Shown: piece by piece, positions 36,701 to 51,194 of the stretch
Layout: each line of letters opens with the position of its first letter
How positions within the stretch are numbered: position 1 is the first letter of the stretch
From: Nymphaea colorata
Taxonomy: Eukaryota
DNA length: 64,000 nt
NCBI RefSeq assembly: GCF_008831285.2
Contig: NC_045138.2
Coordinates: forward strand, 22,072,001-22,136,000
Reading direction: 5' to 3'
Made by a program: the position numbers and the translations under genes
Notes under the pieces: model-generated
Seen by the model: only the letters and a program-made list of their open reading frames with translations
Database searches by the model: none
Told to the model about the DNA's origin: nothing

Positions 36701-39700
36701 GACTCTGACGCCTCTGCCGATGCCGACGTCCGACCACCGACGTTCGACGCCGTCGCCTGTTCTCGGCACGCGCTGCAAAGCGCCGCCAGCTGCTTCCGCC
36801 GTGTCCCGCTGCTTCCACCGTTGATCCCCGACTGCGTCATCTCCCCTTTTCTCTTGATTACTGCTGCTCTGTGTGTTCTTTGGCAGCCACTTCTAACCGG
36901 TGATCATGGCTGACTCGTCTTCTTCTTCAGTCAATACTACTCTACCTGATGTTGTGTCTGCGCGGACTGATCATGTACCGGTTCAAGTTACCACCATTCA
37001 ACTTACCAAGGAGAACTATTCACGATGGTCTGCTGCGATTACTATGGGGATTGCTGGGCGAGGACGCATTGCCTATGTGAATGGGAGAAAGGTTGAACCT
37101 GTTAGCGTATGGAGGTTCGGGTCTATTCAGACTCGATCCACTTGTTTTCTAATCCACACGCCTAAACATACTAGGCGGTGGCACATCTGTAAATGTTATA
37201 TAATTTGTGTACATTTTGTTATAACCTGATTAGGTTTATTCTTTAATATAGCTTAAGGATCACACGGCTAACATACTGCCGGTGACTCTCTTTCTCCATT
37301 TGTCTTCTCTTCTACTTCTTCTTCTCATTCTAGCAGATTTCAGACGGAGAGACGTGCATAAGCAAAGATTCTTACATGGTATCAGAGCCAGGTTCCCTCG
37401 TCCTCCGGTGAGTGGTTTCAGTTTGACGTGATTATCCCTAATCTGCCCTAAGTACTCATTTCTGGCGTGGATATCCCTCATTTCTGTTTCTGCCTTGAAT
37501 CTTATGTGATTTGCCCTAAATCCATTTGCCCTAATTTCAGTCCGTTTTTGCCCTAATTCTGTTTTCTGCCCTAATTCCGGTCCGTTTTTGCCCTAATTCT
37601 GTTTTCTGCCTCACGTTGTCAGCCCTAATCATCTTTATTCAGTCATGGATCAGCCGACGCCCTCTCTTCTATCCTCCAGTTTTCTCTCCCAACTTATTTC
37701 CCAAAAATTGAATCATAGTAACTATTTGACTTGGAAACGTCAAATTGTTCCATTTATTAAAAGTCATAGACTCTATGGGCATATCGATGGCACTACTCCA
37801 GCACCTCCAAAATATATTTACCGTGAAGTGAAGAAGACCGTAGTGGGAGATCAAGCTATTGGGGCTTCGGCTGAAAGTGAAACTAGCATTGAATATGATA
37901 CTCTTACGGAAAGTAATCCTGAATATGATGTTTGGCTGGCCCACGACCAGTCACTTGTCGCATATATTACTTCTACCTTGTCAGAGGAGGTATTAGGACG
38001 CATTGATGATGATTTGACAGCCTTAGAATTGTGGTCTACCCTTGCCACAACGTATTCTCAAGTATCGGAAGCACGGTTTCTGCAATTAAGAAGACAATTT
38101 CAGGATATCAAGCGTGGGACGCGTACAGTTTTGGAATATCTGAATGAAATCAAAAACGTAAGTGATCAACTTGCTGCCATTGGACATCCTGTCAGCGATA
38201 AAGACAAAGTGCAACAAGCTTTGAGTGGCCTGGGAACAGAGTTTGATATTTTTTGCACAGCCTTGGAGGTTTTACCTATCCTCCCATCTTTTGAAGATCT
38301 GAAAGCCAAGTTATTTCAACACGAAGCTAGTCGTGTCCAGCGACAGAATTTGACTTCTCCCAACAGCCACAATGTATTGATCACAGGAACACATGCATTG
38401 CAAGGGAATCGTACTCGACCTTGGACTCCTCAGGCAGGAATGGGAAGAGGGATTCTCCCGACACCACCAAGCATGAATACTACTGTTGCCACATCTAGAA
38501 GGGTTCCAACTTGCTTTTATTGTAATAAGAGGGGACATGTGAAATCAGAATGTTGGCACAATCCTCAGAATAAGAATAATCAAGTCAGGCGTGAAAACAA
38601 GGCAGCAGCAGGGTCCGTTTCATCCTCATCTAGCTCAAATCCAACATCAAATGTTTCATCGGAGGTGCAACAACTTCTTATGACAGCCTTATCTAAGCTC
38701 CACTTGAAGCAAAATGAGCAAGGAGAGTGGTATGTGGACTCTGGAGCAGCAGCCCATGTTACTGGTGACACAGGTACTTTATCTAGTGTTTTCCCTTATT
38801 TAGATCAAGGCTCAGTTGTCATGGGAGATGGTTCCCATCACACAATATCGCACATTGGAAATGCACAAATATCTATGGGTTCCTCTTCCATTCCATTAAA
38901 GGATGTCCTTGTTGTTCCAAGTGTCAAGAAAAATATTATCTCAGTGTCTAAACTGATTGATGATACTCACTCCTTTGTTGAATTTACACCGTCTTCTGTT
39001 TATGTCAAGGATGCTCGAACCAAGAGGACGTTCGCTGAGGGCACTCGCAAAGGCGACATGTATGTTCTTGAAGAAGCTCCAAAGTTGTCAAAATCTCACT
39101 CTTCAGATCCATCCTTTTCAATTCATAGTGAAATCAATGTCGCAGAATATAATAAGCCATCCATTTGGCATGGTCGGTTAGCTCATTGTAGTCAGTCTTT
39201 TGTTCGAAGTCTTGTTGCAGACGGGCTCTTAGATAAGTCCAGTCTGAGTTCAGTCAGTGAGTCCAGCATGTGCTCGAGTTGTCATCTCTGTAAGAGCCAT
39301 GCCCTTCCTTTTCAATTAATAAATAAAAGAGCTTCAAAGGTTTTTGACACTATACATTCCGATGTTTGGGGGCCTGCTCCAATTCCTTCTTCTTCTGGGA
39401 GTAGATATTATGTTATTTTTATTGATTCATATTCCCGATATACTTGGATTCACTTCATCAAACACAAATCAGAAGTCTTCTGCCTGTTTACTCAATTTCA
39501 TGCTTTGGTTCGGAACAAATATTCCAGCAATATTGTGCATTTTCAATGTGATGGTGGTGGTGAATTTACTTCTAATGAATTTACTGAGTATCTACTAGAT
39601 AATGGGATCACTAGACAAACTTCATGCCCGCATACACCTCAGCAAAACGGAATTGCTGAAAGGAAACATAGGCATATTGTTGAAAGCGCCCTTAGCATGA

Positions 39701-42700
39701 TGCATGACACAGACTTACCTATGACATTGTGGACCGAGGCTTTTCATACAGCTGTTCATGTTATAAATCGACTGCCATTGGCTTTGCTTGATGGAAAATC
39801 TCCATTTTTTCTATTACATCAAGAACAGCCGTGTTATGAAGATGTACGTGTTTGTGGATGTGTGTGCTATGTACATGTTGATGTTTCCTTACGAAACAAA
39901 TTTCAAGATCGTGCTGTTTTGTGCAGATTTATAGGGTATGCAGAAAATTACAAGGGTTATAGGTGTTACAACCCTAAAACTGGGCGTGTACATATTTCAC
40001 GGCATGTTGTTTTTTATGAAAGCAGGTTACAGGACTCCAAGGCAACTTCTTTAACACTCAAGGACAAAAATGAGGTTTATGATACTTGGTTACATGCTGA
40101 AATCTTAAGACAAGGGGCGGAAAAGTTGAATAAACACAAGGAGCAAGCTGTTAATGAACCCGAAACACCTGTCGGTAGCTCCTTGGACAGCGTGCCTCCA
40201 TTTCCTCAACCCAATGATTCACCTCCATATAATCGATTTTCAGGCCTGGTGTATTCTAGGCGATCAGTTCCTACGGCAGAACCTACCGCAGTTCCACGCC
40301 AGTCACAACGCGTGAGACATCCTATTGATAGATGGGTGAGCTATAATACTTTTTCTTTGGATTTTCAGTTGTTTATGACAGAAGTCAACAAAAAGGTGGA
40401 ACCAAAATCTTATCACCATGCGAGTAAGGAAAAATGTTGGGTTGAAGCTATGAATGAAGAAATGGCAGCCTTACATGAATGTCAAACTTGGCAGATTGTT
40501 CCTCGTCCAAATACTAAGAATGTTGTAGGTTCTAAGTGGGTTTACAAGCTGAAATATAAGCCAGATGGTAGCATTGATCGACATAAGGCGCGTCTTGTGG
40601 CACGCTGGTTCACTCAACAATATGGGGAAGATTATGATGAAACATTCAGTCCAGTCATCAAGATGGGAACAATACGCGTGATTATTTCTCTTGCAGTCTC
40701 ATATGGGTGGCCTCTTTATCAGTTAGATGTTACAAATGCATTTCTTCATGGGATTCTTAAGGAGGAGGTCTACATGGAGCAACCCCCTGGCTATACTACT
40801 CATGATCCTCAACAATGGGTTTGTAAATTACAAAAATCTCTATATGGGTTGAAGCAAGCTTCTAGATCATGGTTCGATCGTTTTTCTCATCATATACAAC
40901 AAGTTGGTTTTCTCCGAAGCTCTCTCGATCACTCTTTGTTTATCTATCATTCCGGAGAAGCTACCACTTGGTTGCTTATATATGTTGATGATATTGTTAT
41001 CACTGGGAACTCGACATCACATATATCCTATGTTAAAAATATGTTGAAGCAAGAATTCAAGATGAAGGATCTTGGCGAATTACGGTATTTTTTGGGTGTT
41101 GAGCTTGACAGGACAAATGATAGATTGACTCTTACGCAGCACAAGTATACCCTAGATGTTTTGGACAGGGCAGGCATGACTAATTGCAAACCCATAACTA
41201 CTCCTAGTGTTCTAAACACTAAGTTGACTTCATCTGATGGAACTGCAGCATATTCCGATCCTACATTCTATCGCAGCATTGTTGGCATGTTACAATACCT
41301 CACTTTTACTCGCCCAGATATAGTATATGCTGTAAATCAGATTTCTCAGTTCATGCATGCCCCCACAGAAGGACATATGGATGCCGCTAAGCGGATATTG
41401 CGGTATCTCAAAGCTTCTCTTGGAGATGGACTAGTCTACACAAAATGCCCCAATCTTTCTCTTGGACATAGCATATATACATATACTGATGCAGACTGGG
41501 CAGGCGATCCCGATGATCGACGATCAGTTTCAGGCTTCTGTCTTTTTCTTGATTCTAATCTCATCTGTTGGAGCAGTAAAAAGCAGCGTGCTGTTGCACG
41601 ATCCAACACTGAGGCAGAGTATAGAGCAATGGCTGCAGGGACCGCTGAAGCATCATGGTTACGACATTTGCTTGGAGAGCTTAATCTTCCTATTGCCCAA
41701 TCATCATTACTATGTGACAATCAAAGTGCAATAAAAATTGCCTTCAATCCCATTTTGCATAATCGTACCAAACACATAGAGATTGATCAACACTTCATCC
41801 GTCAGAAGGTTGAAGAAGCCGAGATCGTGCCTACTTATATATCCACCAGTGAACAGATAGCTGATATCTTTACTAAAGGACTCACAGGGCAGCATTTTTG
41901 GGACTTGAAGAACAAGTTATGCATGGTCAAATCTCATGCACAACTTGAGGGGGGCTGTTAGCGTATGGAGGTTCGGGTCCATTCAGACCCGATCCACTTG
42001 TTTTCTAATCCACACGCCTAAACATACTAGGCGGTGGCACATCTGTAAATGTTATATAATTTGTGTACATTTTGTTATAACCTGATTAGGTTTATTCTTT
42101 AATATAGCTTAAGGATCACACGGCTAACATACTGCCGGTGACTCTCTTTCTCCATTTGTCTTCTCTTCTACTTCTTCTTCTCATTCTAGCAGATTTCAGA
42201 CGGAGAGACGTGCATAAGCAAAGATTCTTACAGAACCTGCTGCAGATAGTCTGGCTTGGGATACATGGTTTCTAGAAGACAACCAGGTGAAAACCTGGAT
42301 TGTTAATTCAGTGTCCCCGGATATCCAACCCCTCATTCTTCGTAAGAAGACTGCGAGGGATATGTGGATTATTTTGGAGCAGATGTATGGTCAAAAGAGA
42401 AGGAAAGTTCGTGCGTATCAACTTATGAAGGATGTGTATTCCCTGCGACAAGGTGCTCTCTCGGTTGCAGACTTTTATGCAGCATTAAAATCTAAGTGGG
42501 AGGACATACATGGAGGTGTCCTCACGACCAGATGCAGTATATAACTGATAAATGGGAGAACAGGGTATTCCTTTTATTATCCGGGCTGAATGATGACTTT
42601 GAAAATATAAGGAGTCAGATTCTTAACTCTAACGAATCATTTAGTATTGAAGATGTCTATTCCCGAGTTGAAGCTGAAGAACAAAGAAGGCTGCTTTCTA

Positions 42701-45700
42701 GTGGACGAAAGGGGGAAGAACAGTCTGCCTATGTTAGCCGTGCCCCTGTGGGAACTCCTCGTTCTTCCCGAAAATGTACACATTGCAAAAAACTTGGTCA
42801 TACTAGGGATTTTTGTTGGGACCTGTATCCAGAGAAGAAGGATAGTAGGGGGAGGTCTTCTAGTGGGAAGAAGCCTGTATCGTCTGCAACAAGTCTGAGT
42901 GATGGGAAAGGTTCTATTTCTGCAGAACAGATTCGTGAGCTACGAGCATATTTGAGCAAGATTGATGTTGGTTAGGCAGATACACCAGCTGAGGTGAAGA
43001 TCAATCAGGCATTGGCTGTTTCAGGGGCAGAAGGTACTTCTTCTACAGGTGAATGGATTGTTCACAGCGGTGCCACTCATCACATGACTGGCAACCCCAA
43101 GCTGTTCCATGACTACAAGCTATCCTGGGGAAAGGAACGTGTGTCCCTTGCCGATGGTTCCTTTACTTCTGTGGCAGGGAAAGGGAGTCTTTCCTTGTTA
43201 AATAATTTTTTAATTACCAAGGAACTGAAGTGTGAACTTATATTTTCTGAAAAACGTTGTGTTTTGCAGGACTTGGTGACAGGAAAGAGGATTGGGATTG
43301 GTTTGGTGTTTGATGGGCTGTATCGGCTTCCTATACGAGTTGTCACAGCTCTTATGTCAGCAGTCAGCAGGACAGAGAAAAAGGAGGAAGAGTGTCGTCA
43401 GTTATTTTTGTTTTGGCATGAACGCCTTGGTCATCTCCCATTTGGGATTTTGAAACATTTGTTCCTTGAACTATGTTCTAGTTTAAACATTTCCATGTTA
43501 TCATGTGATGTGTGTCAGTTTGCGAAGCATGTTAGAGCTTCTTATCCAATTTCAAATAGTCGTTCTAATAAAGCTTTCTCCTTGGTTCATTCTGATGTGT
43601 GGGGGCCCTCGGGCATTCATTCTCGTGGTGGTTTTCAATACTTTATAACTTTTATAGATGATTATTCAAGGTGTATCTTTGTGTATTTGTTGAAAGATCG
43701 TAGTGAGGTGCCTCACATTATTGAAACTTTCATCCTCTTAGTGGAAAACCAGTATGGAAATTCTGTCAAGACTTTTCGGTCTGATAATGCTCGTGAATAT
43801 ATGTGTCTCACTGTTGAAGAATTCTTTCGAAAGAGGGGGATTGTTCATGAGACATCATGTAGTTATACCCCCCCTCAAAATGGGGTTGCTGAGAGAAAAA
43901 ATCGTTAGTTGCTCAATGTCACCCGAGCCATATTGTTCCAAAGAAATCTCCCAAAATACTATTGGGGAGATGCAATCCTTACGAGTGTCTACTTGATTAA
44001 TCGCATGCCTAGTCGTGTGCTAAAGGGTCGTACTCCCTACTCTATGCTTCCAGGGAGTAGTCAACCTTTTCACCTCCCTCCTCGAGTCTTTGGATGTGTG
44101 TGTTTCATACATAACCACAGCCCAAATGTGAAAAAACTTGATCCCAAATCTATTAAGGGCATCTTTCTCGGGTATTCTTCCACTCAAAAAGGTTATAAAT
44201 GTCTAGATCCCACCACTGGTCGTCTCCACATTACCAAAGATGTCACCTTCTTGGAACATGTCTCCTATTTTAGTGAGAATTCTCTTCAGGGGGAGAAGTT
44301 AATGTCTAAGGAAGAGTATTCTCCCACACAGGAAATTTAGTTTACAGACTTTATGGATTACAGGCGTGAAGAGAATCCTGTTGCCAAGGTGCTTGGCAAA
44401 GATGAAGAGGGGACGACTACTGATGTACATGAACAGGAGAAGGACAGAGAGCATCCGATGGTGACAGAACAAGAGGGTAATCGTATGTTTGGACAGGTGT
44501 ATTCCAGGAGAAGAGCTTGTACTGACAAGGTGATTAATGATGAGGAGGTTACACCGAATCCCAATCCTACTTCTTCCTTGGATGATCCAAGTCGTGTTCA
44601 GAAGCAAGATGTTGGAAGAGAAATTCAGACTGAAAAAGAAAAGGAGGATCTCCCCATTGCCTTGAGAAAGGGTGTCAGATCATGTACCCAGCACCCTATT
44701 GGTAACTTTGTATCTTACTCTAGATTGAGCACTGACTATAAATGTTTTGTATCCTCCTTGGCTGTGGTTGTGATTCCCAGGAATGCTACAGAGGCTCAGG
44801 GTGACACTAAGTGGTCTCATGCAATGAAAGAAGAGATGGAAGCTTTAGACAGAAATCAGACATGGGAGGTGGTTGATATTCTTGAAGCAGCTCACTTGGT
44901 TGGGTCGAAGTGGGTCTACACTGTTAAGTACAAACCAGATGGGAACATTGAGAGGTACAAAGCACGATTGGTGGCCAAGGGGTTCAGTCAGAAATATGGG
45001 ATCGACTACTTAGAGACGTTTGCTCCAGTTGCAAAGATGAAGACTGTTAGAGTTATTATTTCATTGGCGGTGCTGAAGGGTTGGGAGATGTGCCAACTTG
45101 ATGTAAAAAATGTCTTTCTCAATGGAGATCTCGAAGAGGAGGTGTACATGTTCATGCCACCAGGTTTTGAGAAACCTGGAAAATGTTGTAAATTGAAGAA
45201 AGCTTTGTATGGGCTGAAACAGTCTCCCCAAGCATGGTTTGAACGGCTCAAACTTGTGATGAAGAAACATGGCTACAAACAAGGAAATGGAGATCATACC
45301 CTGTTTGTAAAGAGAAGAGAGAGTAAAGTTACTCTACTATTGGTTTATGTTGATGATATGATTGTTACAGGTGATGATAAGGAAGAGATAGCAAGCTGAA
45401 TTTGATCTAAAAGATCTTGGTAAGCTGAAGTATTTCCTTGGTATTGAAATTGCTAAATCAGGTACAACTCTTGTACTTAGTCAAAGGAAGTATACCCTGG
45501 ATCTACTGAAGGAGACAGAAAAACTGGGGTGCAGACCAGCCTCTACTCCTATAGATGCTGGGCATAAACTTGATAGCAAAGATGGAGAACTGTTGTGTGA
45601 AGAAGCAGAAGGGAGATATCAACGCCTAGTTGGAAAACTGATTTATCTCACTCTGACTAGACCTGATATCACATTTGTTGTAAATGTGATGAGCCAGTTC

Positions 45701-48700
45701 ATGCATGCACCTACAGATATGCACTTGAAGGCTGTAGATAGAATTCTGTGCTACTTGAAGAAGAATCCCGGGAAGGGACTTCTATATGTGCAACAAAGAT
45801 CTATTGAAGTTGAAGGGTATTCTGATGCAGACTGTGTTGACACCAGAAGATCTACTTCAGGGTACTGTGTCTATTTGGGGGAAAATTTAGTTGTTTGGAG
45901 AAGCAAGAGACAAGATGTGTGTTCCCGCTCAAGTGCAGAGGCTGAATATAGGGCTGTGGCTACTGGGGTATCAGAATTGTTATGGTTGAAGATCTTACTG
46001 ACAGATATTGGAATAGAGATTGAAGGGCCTATGAGGATGTATTGTGATAATAAGTCGCAATTAACTTGGCTAACAACCCAGTTCTTCATGATCGAACAAA
46101 GCATGTGGAGATTGACCGTCACTTCATCAAAGAAAGAATTGATGCTAAGGAATTGACGCTACCATACATCAAGTCGGAAGACCAAACTGCTGATATCCTA
46201 ACCAAGGCCTTAAGTGTAACTCCTTTTGAGAGAAATGTATCCAAGTTGGGCATGTTTAATATGTATGCCCAACTTGAGGGGGAGTGTTGACGGGTTTTGT
46301 TGTCCGGGTCCGGATCCTTACCCGATCCGGTTTGTCCTAATTAGGACTACTTATATCTCTGTAAACCCTAATCTTTGTGTTAATGAAGTTTTGAAGAGAG
46401 AGAGTGTCTGGACACTAGTGGGCACCAGACCTCCTCACCCGTGGTTTTTCTTCCCTCGTGTTGAGGGTTTTCCACGTTACATCTGTGTGCTTTCTTCTAC
46501 TCTCGTGCATATTTTGTTTGTACATTAATAAAGAAAGAGGTGAGTACTTTTTGCCTCTCCATGTGGGTCCCTGGCTGGTGTTCTTGTGAATTCCCACCTC
46601 CTACATCTGCAGACCTAACAAAGGTATTATGGTAGGAAACCTGATTTTTTCCAACAACTAGAAGTACTTATATTAAAATAAGAAACAGAGGGCAATAAAG
46701 AATAAATGAGTTTGACGCACAGAGTGCCCATAATTCAGAAAAAAAGGAAAAGAAGGTTTAGCTACTAGAGGCAAACCAAGATACTGACTCCAAACACATC
46801 CAGAAGATTTAATATGACACGCATGAAATGACAGTCAAATAAATCATATATGTTTCTAATTCAGAAAATGCATTGTCAATCTCAAGCACACTATGAAAAT
46901 TTGTCACCAAAGAAAAAAAAGGAAGTAATTCTAAGAACAAATAAGATGCAAAGAAAATGAACAAATAGGTCAAAAAAGATAAGAAATAAGAAAAAATTAA
47001 AAAGTGTTTGACCCATTTGAGGGACACTATCAAGCAAGTGATACATGACGTTTGCATAGAGCAGTCCGGAAAGTGATGGACAAGCATAGAACTCATTCTC
47101 ATCACAATCCTATGTAAGGCAGGAGTGTACCTGCTCCCTTGAGAAATTGCCAACTCTGCCACCCTCACTCAGAGTGCGGACACCAACTATGACAGATCCA
47201 CGTGAATCAGGAGTTTCATTTGCCCTTCCTCCACCAACTATCAGCCGCATTACACCTCCCTTGGCTTCATTTTGTGTTATCTACGTATGCAGAAAAGACC
47301 ATACCTTAATATTCATAGAGGTTTCCTCTATGCAAAAATAAAATACTAGAATGACATCAAGTGCTCCTGAGCAATTAGTGGCTTTACCAGAGCAGCATGG
47401 ACAAAAAGCAAGCTAGAAACCAAATCAGATTGCAAAGATCTTAGAAAGTCAACTACAGAAGCAAAGACATGCATGAAAGATTTCTCCAGACACAGAGCAC
47501 AAAGTTTTTGCCAAAAGATCTGCCAGCTTCATAAAGAATTTAAAATTAAGATTCAAAACAAATGATAGAAGAAAAAAAAAAACTCCAAAAACATTCTGTT
47601 AGGTACATCTAAGAGTAGGAAATAAGGCAAGCAGCACATGGTGCACCCCAGCTTTGCTCACGAAAATTCTTGTTCATGGTGGCATGAAGAGAAAAGCTTT
47701 GGCTATTTCACAAATTCGAAAGAAGTTGGCATGAAAAATCACTGCTTAGCTTGTCTTGACTTTGAATCGGCTCCTTAAGTCACAACATGCACATATTATT
47801 GGTACATTTACATATAAATATTTGTTTTATGTATATTATGTTTTACAGATATATTTAGGTTCATATAGGTTGGGTTTTATAATATTTAATTTTACAAAAT
47901 CAGTTTAAAAAATAAATTTTTTCCATCGAGCTGCTTGTGCTAGGACAATACAATTTGAACCATTGAGTTTCTTGAGATGTGTTTGCAAACCATATATGTG
48001 CAGGTTCTGCTCTTAATGAACATGGTCTAAATCATAGCCACAAATATAGTTCTTGGGTTTTTATCGGCCAGGTTTTTCTTGGGTATTTATCAGAAAAGTT
48101 GTTTTTTTGGGGGGAAATATCATAGTTTCTTAAAAAAATAAAAAATCAAAATGTTAGGTAAAAATACAAAAAATGAAAAACTAATAAGTATTGCATTGCA
48201 TTTAGGAGGTTATGTTAAATACCTAAAACAAGAAGAAATAAAATAATGAAACAAAAGTTGAAAAAATTAAAAACGAAAATGAAATAAAAAATAAATGAAA
48301 AAATTGCGATATCACGACAAATTCATTTTTAACGATTCTTTCAATTTATCGCGATATTTTCCCACTTTTATCGTTTTTCTTATTTATTTTGTTAATATCA
48401 CGATATTTTCAAATATATCGCGACATTTTTGAAAATGTCACGATATTTGTGGCTATGATATAAATATATAAATAACACATTCATCTCATTTACCACTCCT
48501 AGATACATGGACAAAGATAATATAACGGGTAGATTTGTCCAAAATGGAAACAATTGTAATCCATATTGACTTCCACAAATGTCCCAGGTCAAACGCAGAC
48601 AAATTTGCCTACATGGGAGAAACAAAAGAAGAAATGTACATACAATAATCTCAAGCACAAGTTTTAACTAAGGACAATTATTTAAGAAACACAAGCATAC

Positions 48701-51142
48701 TCTCCCACAGTGTTGCCTCTCACAAAATTATTATTTACTAACTAGTATTGTTGATACAATTATCAAATGCAAGTCCCCATCAGAAAATATGAATGATCTT
48801 ATACAGGCAACTTAGCTTTTTCTTTTGCTTTGTGACTCAAGGAAACCACGTACTCAGGCTGACAGACTTTGTCACCTGCCTAGCTGCCTAAAACCCCGAG
48901 GCTAGTACCCTCACCCACAGGGTTTACGCCTGCTGGCTTGTTCAGGAAGTTGATGCCCAGGAGAATCAAACCAGCAACTGGCCTCTCACCAGCTGCTGGC
49001 GGAACCAGCTAAGCCAAACCTCTTGGGGTTATACAGACAGCTTGGTTGAAATACATTTATTAGGATTGACAGGGTCCAATAAGATGCCACTTTACCCCTG
49101 GCCCTACTAAAATTTGAATAAGACTACGTTTTAGAATATATGACACATGTGATTGCCCGATAGGAGCTAAAGAAGAGAAAGGAAACCTAACAAATGGCCT
49201 TGAATATACCATAGCATTCTACAAACTGTAAATACAAACACAGTTTTTTCCTAGTGACCTCATTGCAATTTATTAAGCTTTAGAATTTATAAATGTGTGC
49301 AAGACATTTTTTAACACAAAGAGTGCTTCACAAAGGAACATAAAACATCTCATTATGAGACTTAATCACCAACAATACTGTCAAAACCTATTATCATCCT
49401 CGGAGGGCTCACAGCCAAAGAAGGGATAAACCTATTCCATCATTAATGCTTATCAAGAGAGGGAAATTTTTTATCATCTCCTTGAATAACAAGATCCCAT
49501 ATTTGTTTGCACAAACCAGTCAATGACCCAATTGCAATTGCAAATTTATCAGCTAAATGAATATCAATGATGAAAATGACATTTGAAAAATAATCAGAAC
49601 CAGATTTAAGATGAAAATTGCAAAATACGCATAATAAATGAAAAGGAAACTCCGGTTTCCAGAGGAAAAAGTGATTTCCCTTAGAACAAACCTTGTAGTT
49701 TACAGGGATTCCATTTGAAAGTTGAAGTTGTGTAATGCCAGTTTCAGCATCAAACAGTATCGGGGAACTCAATTTTGGACTTAGATGGGAAAATGATGGC
49801 TTCTGCAGCATCAGCAATTCTTCAAGTTGTGCTGATGATATCAACTCCTTTGGCACATCAAGCTGCAAATATTAGGAAAAAAGTATATTGGAACATGAAT
49901 ATTTCAACAGGTAGAAGACAATTATATGGACCAAGTAAAATGCTCCTCAACAAACTGATATGCAATCTGTCCAATAACAAACCGATCATTTTAATATGAA
50001 ATAATCAGTCACATAATTTATTGGGGAGAAACAGGATGAAGCACAGATAGAACAAAAAGAAATGATCTATGAAAAAAAAAAGACATAATCAGTCACAAAA
50101 TGTTTCTTTATTTTGGCGCTTTTCCAAAATATTATACATATTTCCATTTTTAGGTTTTCCTTTCTTTTCCCTTTTGATGTATTTTTGAAAAATACACTGA
50201 TATTTGCAACTGTGATTCATAGATTGTTCATGGAAAATATAACAGGAGAAACCAAGACCAATTCAATTTAGCTGCTATACAAAGAAAAATAAAAAAAAGT
50301 TTTAGTTCTGGTTTTAGTCCACATAGATGGATCCCATCAAAAGTAGGTCAGTCACAAGAATTAAGTATTAATAGTGATTGCTCCATAAACACCTTTTCTC
50401 TAGATAGGGCATGAAAAATAGTCACAAATATCATTCTCAGACTTTTATCAGCAAATACCAGATACCCATAAGAAAGTTTGTTTTTCTCAACAAAATCTCA
50501 AAAATCGAAAATTGTATGAGAATAAAAGAAATTAATAAATTTACGAGTTTTTTACTAATTTTCTTACAAAAACTTTACTAAAAATGTAAAAAAAAATTAA
50601 AATGTTAAAAGAGACATAAAAAACATCAAATGTATTAAAAAAAATTAGCAAGGGGAAAATCTTCCAAAAATATTGTGATATTTTTGACAAGATACTTTTA
50701 AAATGTCAGTGCATGCTTTTTTGTTTTATTCTTGTTCGGCAAAAATTATTGCAATATCCGGAAAGTGTTGTCAATTTTTGTGACTGTCTAAAATGGGAAG
50801 TGGCAACTCATGTACAGCCGAAAGCCTCCCAGAAAATAGAGAAAAGGCATGCCCATGTTGATGACAGGACCTTGTGTTCAAGCTGCTAGAAGTCTATGTA
50901 AATTCTTACATAAATACATTTATACAAGGTACACATCATGGATAAGGGAACTACTTCCACTTACTTCATCTAATTATGTTCAATGGGCAAAAACTACAAA
51001 ACACTTCATTACAAGTAAAGGATTGTGGGGACTTGTTGATGGGTCTAAAAAACTATGTCACATGGATGCGGGGTGCAGGTGCTGGTGCCGGTGCGGGATG
51101 CGACAAGTTCTAAAAAAAATTGGGTGCGGGTACGGCGAAAGC

Positions 51143-51194
<52 letters not shown>

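Larger units (their letters stand above)
36287..46524 (+). mobile_element. Ty1/copia element D, degenerate, host of nested element E
   Basis: LTRs 36287-36536 and 46285-46524 (about 5 substitutions, 2 indels), TSD TTAAT, PBS at 36537; gag-pol from 36906-37099 and 42238-46290 with stops and frameshifts. Confidence 0.95.

Noticed and set aside
42973..42975. In-frame TAG between gag and pol of element D as programmed readthrough
   Set aside because: The same element has other in-frame TAGs (43906, 44338) and frameshifts; decay by C-to-T change is simpler.
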